Assembly: GCA_016930085.1 (NCBI GenBank)
Contig: JAFGHO010000067.1
Span: 1,041-65,040, forward strand
Source: Spirochaetales bacterium
Lineage (GTDB): Bacteria > Spirochaetota > Spirochaetia > SZUA-6 > JAFGRV01
DNA: 64,000 nucleotides
Direction of reading: 5' to 3'
The translations under genes and the position numbers were made by a program. How positions within the stretch are numbered: the stretch's first letter is position 1; each line of letters starts with the position of its first letter. The notes below the pieces were generated by a model. It was not told the origin of the DNA. It worked only from the letters and a program-made list of their open reading frames with translations, and ran no database searches. This document shows positions 9,773 through 20,041 of this stretch, piece by piece.

Positions 9773-10926
9773 ATATCCGGGAAGTGACCGCAAAAACAAT
9801 ACTGCGGAAATATAAAACAATCGATTCCTGGTTCATTTCACGTTACGGAATGAACCTCTACCGTGGGTGCGTTCATAATTGCATCTATTGTGACGGCAGA
9901 AGTGAAAAATACCTCGTCGAGGGCGAGTTCGGACACGATATCGATGTCAAGGTGAATGCGATCGAATTATTGCGCCGCGAACTCGATCCCGCGCGAAAAC
10001 GAAAACCCTTCAGAGCTTCTTATTTTCTTATGGGGGGCGGGGTGGGGGACAGTTACCAGGCGGTCGAGAGAAAATACCGGCTTTGCCGGCAGGCCCTCTC
10101 CCTCTGCCTTGACTTTTCCCACCCGGTGCATCTTTTGACAAAATCCACGTCCGTGGCGGAAGATATCGGACTCATTAGAAAAATACATGAAAAGCGCGGT
10201 GCGATCGTGTCCTTCAGTTTTTCAACTGTCGATGAAAAACTCGGCCGGCTCCTGGAACCCGGCGTTCCTTCTCCGAAAGAACGGCTCGAGGTGATGGCCC
10301 TGGTGAAAAAGGAAGGCATCCCGTGCGGCATGTTCCTGCTTCCCGTCGTTCCTTTTGTCACCGATACGGAAGACCTGATCGAAGCGTCCGTAAAAAAAGC
10401 CGCCGAAGCCGGGGCCGACTTTGTTATTTTCGGTCCGATGACCATGAAAAGGGGGCGGCAGGGGGATTATTTCATGAACACGATCCGGTCGTCGTTTCCG
10501 GACATACCGGAGAAATACCGCGCTGTCTACGGAAACGATGAATGGGGAAATCCGGTATCCTCGTATACCGATATGGTTCATGGACGGGTTGCCCCGATCG
10601 CATCGCGATACCGTATGCCGCTGCGCATTCCCATCGGACTTTTTGATACGCTGCTCGATGAAAACGACAGGGTAATCGTGCTGCTGCAACATATCGATTA
10701 TCTTCTCAAAATACGGGCTCAACCTTCTTCATTCGGTTATGGGGCCTACCTTCTTTCAAAACTCACGAAGCCGTTTTCGTCAATAAAAGAAGAGATCGAT
10801 AATATGGCCCGGCTGAATAAACGCGTTAAACAAACGGTTTTCGAAATTCTTCGAACGGGTTCCTCGTCACTCTACCGCCGGTTATGTCATTTTGAATTGC
10901 CCGTCTTGAGAACGCGAAAAGGATGA
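9769..10926 (+). CDS. Radical SAM protein (SplB/Rv2578c-like)
   Basis: MNLYRGCVHNCIYCD (CxxxCxxC), DSYQ..E, LLTKS, LEPGVPSPKERL; ATGA overlap with rlmB. Confidence 0.85.
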   Translation: MNIREVTAKTILRKYKTIDSWFISRYGMNLYRGCVHNCIYCDGRSEKYLVEGEFGHDIDVKVNAIELLRRELDPARKRKPFRASYFLMGGGVGDSYQAVERKYRLCRQALSLCLDFSHPVHLLTKSTSVAEDIGLIRKIHEKRGAIVSFSFSTVDEKLGRLLEPGVPSPKERLEVMALVKKEGIPCGMFLLPVVPFVTDTEDLIEASVKKAAEAGADFVIFGPMTMKRGRQGDYFMNTIRSSFPDIPEKYRAVYGNDEWGNPVSSYTDMVHGRVAPIASRYRMPLRIPIGLFDTLLDENDRVIVLLQHIDYLLKIRAQPSSFGYGAYLLSKLTKPFSSIKEEIDNMARLNKRVKQTVFEILRTGSSSLYRRLCHFELPVLRTRKG

Positions 10927-10934
10927 AATCGCAC

Positions 10935-10963
10935 TTGACAGGGATACCGTAAAAAGTTATTGT
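10935..10963 (+). promoter_or_regulatory. Sigma70 promoter of the trp operon
   Basis: TTGACA-17 bp-TATTGT. Confidence 0.6.
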
Positions 10964-11167
10964 TTGCCTGCGTGAAAAAAAAACTGAAGTGGTTTTTCAG
11001 AATGCGTCAGACAAAAAAAGTGATCAGCCAGAAAGTTCATCCCCATGCCTTGAGACGAAAAGCCCCTTCAGTCGTAAAAGCGACGTATAAGAACTTCTTT
11101 ATGCCGGATCGAACGAAGTGAGTAATAAACGATCGAGATATTTTCACAGTATTCGAGGTGAAACGAT

Positions 11168-12580
11168 TTGAGTACGACAGTACCATTAAAACAGGGCCTT
11201 CTCAAAATTATCCCCGGTGAACGATTTACGCCCTTCTCCCTTGCATTGAAACTCCAGGCAAAAGTCATTCTGGAATCAGCTTCCTTTCACAAAGGGCGCG
11301 AGCGATGGTCCATCCTTCTGCTGAACGAGGCCTTCCGGGTATTCGAAACAAAACAGGGTATTTATATCGACCGTGACGGCAAGCGTTTTATGATCAAAAC
11401 CCCGGCCCGCGATATTCTCGATGTCCTTCTTTATATCGCCAACCAGCATGAAACCACCGACTACGATTTTCCGGTTCCTTCGGGGGGAATCGGATATATT
11501 ACCTATGAGAGCGCGTCGAAATTCGATACCATCCGCCTCATCGACAAACCGGACCGGATCGGTATTCCGGACGCTTTTTTTATCGTCGGCAACGTGTACC
11601 TTATTTTCGACCACTATACCGACTCGATTTTTCTTCTGGGACTCAATTATAATGAAAAAAAGATCGATCTCGAAGCGACACTTGCGTCAATTGAAAAACG
11701 GATAAATGATCTCGATTTCAATTTCATGACCTCATCGCCCGGTACCTATAATGCGGAGGTTATGGAAGTCAAAGGCGAGCGGGACAGGTTTCTCCAGGGC
11801 GTTATGGAGGTGAGAAAACATATCATCTGCGGCAATATTATCCAGGGGGTGCTCTCGAGGCGGGTATATATAAAAACCGGACTTCCCGCGATCGAAGCGT
11901 ATAGGAATCTCCGGGCACTCAATCCGTCGCCGTATCTTTTTTGTCTTGATTTTGACGCCTTCCAGATTTTCGGTTCTTCACCCGAGGTTCATGTGAAAGT
12001 GAAGAATAAAAAGGTGGAGATCCGGCCCATCGCCGGGACGAGAAAACGGGGGAAAAACGAGGAAGAGGAGATCGCTTTGCAAAAGGATCTGCTTTCGGAT
12101 GAAAAGGAACTCGCCGAACACCTCATGCTCGTCGATCTTGCCCGAAACGACATCGGGCGGGTTTGTATGCCGGGAAGCGTCGAATTGACTGAAAGTATGG
12201 TGATAGAAAAATATTCCCACGTGATGCATATCGTTTCGCAGGTGGAAGGAATCCTCGAAAAGGACAAAACGGGGGCGGACGCGCTGCGGGCGACATTTCC
12301 GGCAGGGACCGTGTCCGGTGCCCCGAAGATAAAGGCCATCGAGATTATCGATTCCCTGGAACCGGAAAAACGGTCTTTTTACGCCGGTATCGTCGGCTGG
12401 CTCGAACCCGGCGGCGATCTCAATTCGTGCATTACCATACGGAGTGCGTTCAAGAGAAAGGATCTTCTCGTCCTCCAGGCAGGGGCGGGAATCGTGTACG
12501 ATTCGGTACCGGAGAAAGAGTACGAGGAAACTTCGAACAAATTGCGGGCACTCGGGAAAGCGGTAGGAGTAGAGGTGTGA
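11168..12580 (+). CDS. trpE: Anthranilate synthase component I
   Basis: NPSPY, GSSPE, PIAGTR, EHLMLVDLARND, FPAGTVSGAPK, QAGAGIVYDS; TTG start with GAGGT RBS. Confidence 0.93.
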   Translation: MSTTVPLKQGLLKIIPGERFTPFSLALKLQAKVILESASFHKGRERWSILLLNEAFRVFETKQGIYIDRDGKRFMIKTPARDILDVLLYIANQHETTDYDFPVPSGGIGYITYESASKFDTIRLIDKPDRIGIPDAFFIVGNVYLIFDHYTDSIFLLGLNYNEKKIDLEATLASIEKRINDLDFNFMTSSPGTYNAEVMEVKGERDRFLQGVMEVRKHIICGNIIQGVLSRRVYIKTGLPAIEAYRNLRALNPSPYLFCLDFDAFQIFGSSPEVHVKVKNKKVEIRPIAGTRKRGKNEEEEIALQKDLLSDEKELAEHLMLVDLARNDIGRVCMPGSVELTESMVIEKYSHVMHIVSQVEGILEKDKTGADALRATFPAGTVSGAPKIKAIEIIDSLEPEKRSFYAGIVGWLEPGGDLNSCITIRSAFKRKDLLVLQAGAGIVYDSVPEKEYEETSNKLRALGKAVGVEV

Positions 12581-12581
12581 T

Positions 12582-14180
12582 ATGTTTGTATTGATCGATA
12601 ATTACGATTCGTTTACCTATAATCTTTTTCAGTATATCACCGAGATCACGGAAAAAGAAGTTAAGGTGTTTCGAAACGATGCGGTCAAGGATATGAAGGA
12701 CATCGAGCGGCTCAAGCCGGAGGCGATCATTATTTCACCCGGCCCGGGAAGGCCTGAGGAAGCCGGTATTTCGATTCCGGTTGTCAAACACTTTGCCGGC
12801 AAGGTACCCATCCTGGGAGTGTGTCTCGGACATCAGGTAATCGGCGTCGCCTTCGGTGCCAAGATAAAGCAGGCGCGGCGGATCGTCCACGGTAAGGTCG
12901 AAAATATCATGCTCGACGGAAAGGGTCTTTTCAGGCAGGTCCCATCTCCTGCACGTTTCACCCGTTACCATTCGCTTTCCGTACGGGAGGACACACTGCC
13001 TGAATCTCTTGAAATTACCGCCTTCGCGAATGACGGTGAGATTATGGGACTTCGCCACAAGAAATATACGATCGAAGGAATACAATTCCATCCGGAATCG
13101 ATCGGCAGCGAATTCGGCAAACGCATTCTCAAAAATTTTCTCAACTACAAGCGGGAGGCCTTTGATACGAGGGGTTGTCTGGCACGTCTCATCGAAGGTC
13201 AGAGTATGAGTTTCCAGGAAGCTGAAGGATTTATGGATGAAGTGACCGACGGTAATTTTTCCGATATCCAGCTTTCCGGATTTCTCGTGGCCATCAACGC
13301 AAAAGGGCCCAGTCCGGAAGAGATAGCGGGGTGCGCGTCGATTCTCAGAAAGAAACGAAAAGTGCTGGATGTCCCGTTTCCGGTTCTCGATACCTGCGGG
13401 ACGGGGGGGGACGAACTGGGGACGTTCAATATATCCTCGCTCGCCGCGATCGTTTCGGCCGCCTGCGGGGCCCATGTCGCAAAACACGGCAACCGTGCGG
13501 TCAGCAGTAAAAGCGGGAGTGCCGATTATTACAAGGAACTGGGAATCAATATCGAATTACAGCCCGATGCCGCAAAAATATTGATCGAAAAGACCGGTTT
13601 CACTTTTCTTTTTGCGCCCCTCTACCATAAAGCGATGAAATATGCCGGGCCGGTAAGGCGTGAACTGCGGCTCAAGACAATCTTCAATCTTATCGGTCCG
13701 CTTTCGAATCCGGCGTGCGCCCAGTACCAGTTGATCGGTGTCTATTCAAGCGATCTCTGCCTGCCGGTGGCACGGGCTGCCAGGTTACTTGGCGTCAAGC
13801 GGATCATGGTTGTCCATGGCCTTGACGGGATGGACGAGATATCGGTCTCTTCTCCCACAAAGGTGGTCGAGATAACCGAGTCCGGCGATGAAAAACAGTA
13901 TATTTTCGACCCGAGGGATATCGGTCTCACAATATACCGGTCCGAAGAATTGAAAGGCGGAGATTCGAGTGTCAATGCGCAGATTACCGGCGAACTTCTT
14001 ACCGGTGTGAGGCTCGAGGCGGTACGGGACGCGGTTCTTCTCAACAGCGGGGCCGCCCTGTATATCGCGGGTATTACCGATTCGATAAAAGCTGGGTATG
14101 ACAGGGCGATGAAGGCGCTTGTGGAAGGGAAGGTCAGGGAAAAACTGAGCCGGATTGTTGAAACGAGTCAGTCATTGTAG
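12582..14180 (+). CDS. trpGD: Bifunctional anthranilate synthase II / anthranilate phosphoribosyltransferase (TrpG-TrpD)
   Basis: IDNYDSFTYN, GVCLGHQ and QFHPES, then DTCGTGGD, AKHGNRAVSSKSGSAD and GMDE. Confidence 0.95.
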   Translation: MFVLIDNYDSFTYNLFQYITEITEKEVKVFRNDAVKDMKDIERLKPEAIIISPGPGRPEEAGISIPVVKHFAGKVPILGVCLGHQVIGVAFGAKIKQARRIVHGKVENIMLDGKGLFRQVPSPARFTRYHSLSVREDTLPESLEITAFANDGEIMGLRHKKYTIEGIQFHPESIGSEFGKRILKNFLNYKREAFDTRGCLARLIEGQSMSFQEAEGFMDEVTDGNFSDIQLSGFLVAINAKGPSPEEIAGCASILRKKRKVLDVPFPVLDTCGTGGDELGTFNISSLAAIVSAACGAHVAKHGNRAVSSKSGSADYYKELGINIELQPDAAKILIEKTGFTFLFAPLYHKAMKYAGPVRRELRLKTIFNLIGPLSNPACAQYQLIGVYSSDLCLPVARAARLLGVKRIMVVHGLDGMDEISVSSPTKVVEITESGDEKQYIFDPRDIGLTIYRSEELKGGDSSVNAQITGELLTGVRLEAVRDAVLLNSGAALYIAGITDSIKAGYDRAMKALVEGKVREKLSRIVETSQSL

Positions 14181-14390
14181 CCCGCTTCAGGTCATATGAA
14201 ACTCAGGGCGCCGATGGCTGTGCATATATAAACGGATGCAGATAACCCGTCTTCCCCATTCGAATGACGCTGCCTTCCCCGGACAACACCGGCCGGCTTT
14301 GGTTGCCGTGTACCGGCTTCCGGTAGATACATCCCGACAGGTCAGGTGCTGAAATATACCCCGAAGATGATTGTCAAGAAAGGATCGGGC

Positions 14391-15809
14391 ATGGATATAT
14401 TGACGGAAATTGTCGAAAAACGAAAAAATATGGTAACACAGACAGGCTTCACGATGGGGGAAGACGTTCCGGAAGAAAGGGAGGTGCCCGTCGTCCCTTT
14501 TGTCCGCGATCCGCTGCTTGTCTGTGAAATAAAGCGGAAGTCGCCTTCAAAAGGAGATATTTCACTCCGTCTCGACGCCGCCGGACAGGCCGAACAATAT
14601 TATCGTAAGGGAATCAGGTCCGTTTCCGTTCTCACCGAACCCAATTATTTTGCCGGTTCACTTTCCGATCTTATCCGGGTTAAGCGGACATTTCCCGATC
14701 TCGCCGTGCTTCGAAAGGATTTTCTCTTTTCGAAAGAGGATGTCGAGGTCAGCTACCGCGCGGGCGCGGATGCCGTGCTTCTTATCGCCGCCATTTTAGA
14801 TGAGGATGCCCTCGAAACGATGTACCGGAAAGCCAAAGGGTTGGGGATGGAGGTGCTTTTGGAGGTTCACGACGAAAACGATATCACGAAAGCGGCGGGC
14901 GTCAGGCCCGTGCTTACCGGGATCAATGCACGGGACCTGACCACCTTTACCATCGATCTCACCATTCCCTTACGGCTGAAACCTCATATTACATGGCCGA
15001 CCTCGCTGATCTTCGAATCCGGTATTCTACGGGAAGAGGATGCCGCGCTTCCGCTTTCCTCCGGTTTCCGCGGCCTGTTGATCGGTGAGGCGGTCGTGAA
15101 AAATTCCGGACTCATCGATGAAATTTTAAGTCTTTTCCCGGGAACATCGCGTCGCTTCTGGACCCGTTTGTACGGCGCGCGGCCGCCGTACGTGAAGATC
15201 TGCGGCATCACCCGTGAAGACGACGCGTACCACGCGGCGGATGCCGGGGCGGATATCCTCGGCTTTGTGTTTGCGCCCTCCCCCAGAATGGCGGAACCGG
15301 CGCTGCTCGAAAAAATCGGGAATTGTGATATTTTGAAGGTGGCCGTTGTCGTCACCGACCGGGGAAGCCGCGAACTCGACGGCCGGGTTCGCGGCCTTCT
15401 GGAAAGGGGGCTTCTTGATGCCGTGCAGTTTCACGGGGACGAACGGCCAGATGAGTGTTATACCATGGCCTTCCCGTACTATAAGGCCCTCAGGATACGG
15501 GATGCAGATGATTGTAAACGGATTTCGGACTATCGATGTCCGCGGGTACTTATCGACGCTTTTTCATCTGCCGCAAGGGGCGGTACCGGAAAACAGATTC
15601 CCCATGACCTTATCGGGGAGGTGCAAAAGGCGGGACCTCTCTGGCTTGCGGGCGGCATGGGGCCGGAAACGATTTCAGAAATTATGCAGCGGTTTACTCC
15701 CGAACTTGTCGACGCGTCGAGCAGACTCGAAAGCGCACCGGGAGAAAAAGATCCGGATAAGGTCAATGCCTTCATCGATGCGGTAAAAAAAGTGCATCAA
15801 AGCCGGTGA
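14391..15809 (+). CDS. trpCF: Bifunctional indole-3-glycerol phosphate synthase / PRA isomerase (TrpC-TrpF)
   Basis: EIKRKSPSKG, SVLTEP, LRKDF and FESGI, then VKICGIT, VQFHGDE, GGTG, LAGG and DASS. Confidence 0.93.
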   Translation: MDILTEIVEKRKNMVTQTGFTMGEDVPEEREVPVVPFVRDPLLVCEIKRKSPSKGDISLRLDAAGQAEQYYRKGIRSVSVLTEPNYFAGSLSDLIRVKRTFPDLAVLRKDFLFSKEDVEVSYRAGADAVLLIAAILDEDALETMYRKAKGLGMEVLLEVHDENDITKAAGVRPVLTGINARDLTTFTIDLTIPLRLKPHITWPTSLIFESGILREEDAALPLSSGFRGLLIGEAVVKNSGLIDEILSLFPGTSRRFWTRLYGARPPYVKICGITREDDAYHAADAGADILGFVFAPSPRMAEPALLEKIGNCDILKVAVVVTDRGSRELDGRVRGLLERGLLDAVQFHGDERPDECYTMAFPYYKALRIRDADDCKRISDYRCPRVLIDAFSSAARGGTGKQIPHDLIGEVQKAGPLWLAGGMGPETISEIMQRFTPELVDASSRLESAPGEKDPDKVNAFIDAVKKVHQSR

Positions 15810-15891
15810 TTCCCTCGGTATTAAGGCGGAAAAGCGATCTGTTTTTTTTCACGATAATTGACGATAACCTTGATAGGAGCGATTAAGAAAT

Positions 15892-16653
15892 ATGGGATAC
15901 AGAAAATTGAGTCCGGAAGAAATATCCGATGTTGTCGCGAAGATTCGGACAAAATACACCTTTTACTGCAAGACATTTTTCAAATCGAGTAGATTGAAGG
16001 ATGAGTTCGAAAACAGGTATATGATCACGTTGAAAAAGGGTTATGATATTTCCAATTTTCTGCTCGCCGAAATTAGTGTGATCGAGGAACTGATCAGGAA
16101 AGAGGAAGATAGAATCGCGCACAGCAAACCGAAAGAGGACAGTAAAAGGCGAAATTTTGCGGATAAAATCATTCTGGAAAATCTTGAGAAGATAAGGAAA
16201 TATCCCCATCTGGAAGTGCACCGCGACGCGAACGAGGAAATCAAATATTTAAGCGGGGCCTTGAATACGATCTATGAAACCCATATTCCCATGTTGCACG
16301 GATTAAGCAGGCATATTGAGGGTAATCTCAGCGTAAAAACCATCGAAAATCAGGAATCCAGGCTGAGGGTCCTCGCCTATGGCGGGAAAACCTCGATTCC
16401 TTCACAGCTTTCCAGATATGTCGCGTACCTGAACCGCTTCCCGCGGGATTACCGGGCAATCGAGTGGGAGGAAAAGGAGTACATCCTCGAATCCGCATTC
16501 ATCCTGCATGATATGTTTGGAACCCTTTCGACGATCCTTCAGACCACCTCGACCCTCCCGAAGCCCGAACAAACGCAGCTCATGGATATTATCGCGTATA
16601 TCCGGGGTATGATCGAAGATTTCCGGCTTAAGGATCTCAAGCGTAAGAAATAG
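15892..16653 (+). CDS. Hypothetical cytoplasmic helical protein
   Basis: 253-aa charged ORF with upstream AGGAG; no recognised motif. Confidence 0.75.
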   Translation: MGYRKLSPEEISDVVAKIRTKYTFYCKTFFKSSRLKDEFENRYMITLKKGYDISNFLLAEISVIEELIRKEEDRIAHSKPKEDSKRRNFADKIILENLEKIRKYPHLEVHRDANEEIKYLSGALNTIYETHIPMLHGLSRHIEGNLSVKTIENQESRLRVLAYGGKTSIPSQLSRYVAYLNRFPRDYRAIEWEEKEYILESAFILHDMFGTLSTILQTTSTLPKPEQTQLMDIIAYIRGMIEDFRLKDLKRKK

Positions 16654-16782
16654 CGAGATGCGGCAACAGCGGTAGTATACATCCACTCATGAACATAATG
16701 AAACCAGTGAGGAAATAATCGCAGGATTAAAGGCAGCTTTTACGAGATAATTTCGGCCGAACGGTATTGGTGGTTATGGTTT

Positions 16783-17325
16783 TTAAAGACGTAGTATCCA
16801 AAAAGGTGTATAATGACTTGTATATATGGATAACAATCTATTTCGACCTGGTAGATGTTGAATTATCTTAGACAATTGTCGTAAATTCCCTCGATGATTT
16901 TGTTGTATGCGATTATCCTCAGTACTCCATTGCTGAAATCTTTTCTTTAATTCTTCGATCAGTCTATCTCCAAATTCCTCTATCAGTGCCAAAAACAACT
17001 CCAATAACCACCTCACCAATTGGGCGATACTAAAACAATTCAAGTCCGCGTGAAGCATCTTGATCTTTCTATACTCATCTTCCGTGAAATACACATGAGC
17101 GTGTACACGTTTTTCGTCCGGGTTATCTGATACCGGTTGATACCGGCTCATCCTTTGTTTTCCCCATCGATGCTCCGTGATGATCAAAGGATCGATAAGA
17201 GAAATGATTCCTACAATGACACCGGATAAAGAATACCTCGAACCGAAAAGATGCACGTTTAGCAGCTTCGCTATCATCGTGTCTGTCATGATAATATGAA
17301 ATTCATGCTTTCTTGCTTGTATCAT
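16783..17325 (-). CDS. AT-rich hypothetical protein, probable tandem ribbon-helix-helix DNA-binding protein
   Basis: GGGAG RBS; two strand-helix-S-helix patterns (HEFHIIMTDTMIAKL..SLSGVIVGII; HAHVYFTEDEYRKIK..SIAQLVRWLL). Confidence 0.65.
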   Translation of the reverse strand: MIQARKHEFHIIMTDTMIAKLLNVHLFGSRYSLSGVIVGIISLIDPLIITEHRWGKQRMSRYQPVSDNPDEKRVHAHVYFTEDEYRKIKMLHADLNCFSIAQLVRWLLELFLALIEEFGDRLIEELKKRFQQWSTEDNRIQQNHRGNLRQLSKIIQHLPGRNRLLSIYTSHYTPFWILRL

Positions 17326-17490
17326 GTAACACTCCCTGGATAATTGTTCTTCTACATTGTATAACGCTAAAAAAGTGTAATGTGCATTGATTTTTTAAAA
17401 GAAATAAAAAAACTGATTTTATTTGCTACGATATACATTTTGTTTTATAGTAAATTTATAAGCTAATGTATTTACCATAAAAGGAAGGGT

Positions 17491-17949
17491 ATGAAAAAAA
17501 AGAGGTATTGTCTGGTTTGTATTATGCTGCTTGGTGGAATCTTTCCGCTTTCCGCGCAATCGAACGAGATGCTCGATGAGCTGCTTTCGGAAGAGAGTGT
17601 ATCGTTCGGTAATGCCGTTTACATCGTTTTAGCGGGTGCCGGTCTGATCGGGGAAGGTGTGTCCGTCGAGGAGGCGGTCGGTATCCTTTTGGAACAGCAA
17701 TGGGGAATAAAAGGAAAGTCTCCGGAGGAACCCATCCACCTCGATGAATATTCGTTTCTGCTTATGAAAGCCTTGATGAAAGGGGGCGGATTGATGTATA
17801 CCCTGTTTCCTTCACCCCGTTACGCCTACCGGGAACTCGATTACCGGGGGCTTATCGAACAGCCCGCCGATCCCGGAAGAACCGTCTCTGGAGAAGAGGC
17901 GCTCAGGATGCTGGCCGGAGTACTCGCATTGAAGGAGGATGAAGGATGA
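17491..17949 (+). CDS. Small exported protein with SLH-like segments
   Basis: Signal peptide ending LSA-Q; repeated segments VSFGNAVYIV, IHLDEYSFLLMKAL and VSGEEALRML. Confidence 0.7.
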   Translation: MKKKRYCLVCIMLLGGIFPLSAQSNEMLDELLSEESVSFGNAVYIVLAGAGLIGEGVSVEEAVGILLEQQWGIKGKSPEEPIHLDEYSFLLMKALMKGGGLMYTLFPSPRYAYRELDYRGLIEQPADPGRTVSGEEALRMLAGVLALKEDEG

Positions 17950-19283
17950 AGATACCGGTGAAACAGATCCTTGCCTGCGGATTGTTCATCCTGCTCGTGC
18001 TTCCTGCCGCGGCTATAGATTACGGGCTTACCGCCGACAACATAGTGACAATCTCTCAGGAAGCCGTCTTTTCCGGCAATTACCTCGGTAAAGCATCGCC
18101 ATGGATTTCATATGAAAGCGAGCACGTCTCCTTTGCACTCCAGGGGGTGTACATTTATACCTTCGAGATTCCCTTGTATATCGATCTCGATTATATGATG
18201 CTCGAGTACCGGACGCTTTTTTTCGGGGATTACACGGGCTTGTTTTCCGTGAGGGGAGGGCGCTTTCCCGTTTCCGATTTCACGGGTTGTGTCCTTAATC
18301 ACAAACTCGACGGGGTCCGGTTCGATTTCGCGAACGCGGGTTCCGAAATATCATTTTTCGCCGGGTACGCGGGACTGCTTCTCAAGCCGTACTCGACCAT
18401 CAGTCTAAGCAAGGCCGATATCTCTGATACGGGGGAACCTGATGTTATTCTGGCGCCCCCGCGGTTAGTCGGGATGCTGCAAATCGCCTTTCCGGAACTC
18501 TTTCCGAAACATACGATTACCGCGTCCTTCCTGGGGCAGATCGATCTGAGAACGGACGGACTCATCGAGGAGGGCGCGGGGACCTACGACGCTTCGACCG
18601 GCGGCTACCTTCATACCGTATATACCGGGGCCGGGCTTTCCGGTGGAATAGGGCCCGCTTTTTTTTACGATATCTTCGGGTATGCGGGTACCGGCGGCAT
18701 GCTCTCTTTTATCGGGGATATAAGCGGGATCGGGTTATATCAGTATAAACCGATTTTTTCCTTTCTTGCAGGCTTATCGATGAGAGTGTATTTCGATGAA
18801 CTGCTTCACTCCCGTCTTGGTGTTTCCGCGTTGTACGCGTCGGGAGACGCGGATTTCTCGGATTTTTATGAAGGAAATACCGATGGGGAGGCGAATCAGT
18901 TTATACCGATCGCCCATGAACCGGTCGCGCTTGTTTTCGCCCCGCAGCTTTCGAATATCGCGGTATGCGGACTTTCCTGGTCGATCAAACCCCTTTCTGC
19001 CGGTAAAGGCGATTTCATGCAGAACTTCCAGACGCAACTCACCGCCCAGGTTTTTCTTCGTCCGACGGCGGGTCCTATTTCAGAAGCGGGTTTGAACACT
19101 GATTCGGATGCCGTGTACCTTGGGATGGAGATCGACGCAACCATCAATATGAGAGTGCTTTCCGATGTCGGCTGCTCGATTTCCGCCGGTTGTTTCATCC
19201 CGGATAACACAGACGGCGGGGCTTTCGAAGGAAGCAGGGATGTCGAAATGGCCGCCAGGTTCGAGCTTTCAGTCGGGTTATAA
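17946..19283 (+). CDS. Putative outer-membrane beta-barrel (alginate-export-like)
   Basis: Signal peptide; SVRGGRF, LDGVRFD, LYASGD, YLGMEID and AGCFIP strands; terminal strand ARFELSVGL. Confidence 0.65.
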   Translation: MKIPVKQILACGLFILLVLPAAAIDYGLTADNIVTISQEAVFSGNYLGKASPWISYESEHVSFALQGVYIYTFEIPLYIDLDYMMLEYRTLFFGDYTGLFSVRGGRFPVSDFTGCVLNHKLDGVRFDFANAGSEISFFAGYAGLLLKPYSTISLSKADISDTGEPDVILAPPRLVGMLQIAFPELFPKHTITASFLGQIDLRTDGLIEEGAGTYDASTGGYLHTVYTGAGLSGGIGPAFFYDIFGYAGTGGMLSFIGDISGIGLYQYKPIFSFLAGLSMRVYFDELLHSRLGVSALYASGDADFSDFYEGNTDGEANQFIPIAHEPVALVFAPQLSNIAVCGLSWSIKPLSAGKGDFMQNFQTQLTAQVFLRPTAGPISEAGLNTDSDAVYLGMEIDATINMRVLSDVGCSISAGCFIPDNTDGGAFEGSRDVEMAARFELSVGL

Positions 19284-19296
19284 AGGAGGCTGATTC

Positions 19297-19965
19297 ATGA
19301 AACGATTGTCGTTTATTATTTTAGTGCTCGCCGGCGTCATCGGCTTTGCCGCGGGGGATGTGCGCGCTACCATTGAAGAGGTCAAGGGCAAGGTTGAAAT
19401 CAAAACGCCGAAAAAATCGTGGACGAAAGCGGAGGCGGGCATGACGCTTGAAAACGGCACCATGATATCGACCGGGTTTAATTCGCAGGCCGTTTTAAAG
19501 CTGGGTCCCTCGACCGTGATCGCCCGGCCCCTTACACGAATGACCCTGGAGGAGCTTGTCGAAAAAGAGGGAACCATCACCACCGAACTCTTTCTCAATG
19601 TGGGGAAGGTCCAGGCGGAGGTGAAAAGCAGTGAAGGAATCAAAAATGATTTTCTCTTGAAAAGCGTCGTGTCCACGGCGGCCGTCAGGGGTTCGATGGT
19701 CATATTCGACGGGAGAAGGGTGACCTTTCTGTCCGGAAGCGGTGTCGCGGTCAACCTGTACGGACAGAAACGGTATATGAGCAAGGGGGATGTCATTGAT
19801 ATTCCGAAGTTCAGGCCGCCTTCATTACGTGAGGCGGATAAAATCAGGAAGGCACTCGTCAATCCGCAAACAGGACTCACCGGCCTTCTGCCTCCTGATA
19901 TCATGACAAAGGCACTGGTCGTCGTTGCGTTTGTGTGGGTGACGGATACTATCGATGGGGACTAG
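19297..19965 (+). CDS. Exported FecR-domain protein
   Basis: ATIEEVKGKVEI..W..AEAGMTL..G..ISTG..SQAVLKL..LNVGKV..TAAVRGS. Confidence 0.8.
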   Translation: MKRLSFIILVLAGVIGFAAGDVRATIEEVKGKVEIKTPKKSWTKAEAGMTLENGTMISTGFNSQAVLKLGPSTVIARPLTRMTLEELVEKEGTITTELFLNVGKVQAEVKSSEGIKNDFLLKSVVSTAAVRGSMVIFDGRRVTFLSGSGVAVNLYGQKRYMSKGDVIDIPKFRPPSLREADKIRKALVNPQTGLTGLLPPDIMTKALVVVAFVWVTDTIDGD

Positions 19966-20041
19966 ACGAACTGAAAATCGTATGGTATCCGGCCGATCAA
20001 CGATTCCCGTACCGGTTTTTCCGGAGATTGAGGTGAAGGAC

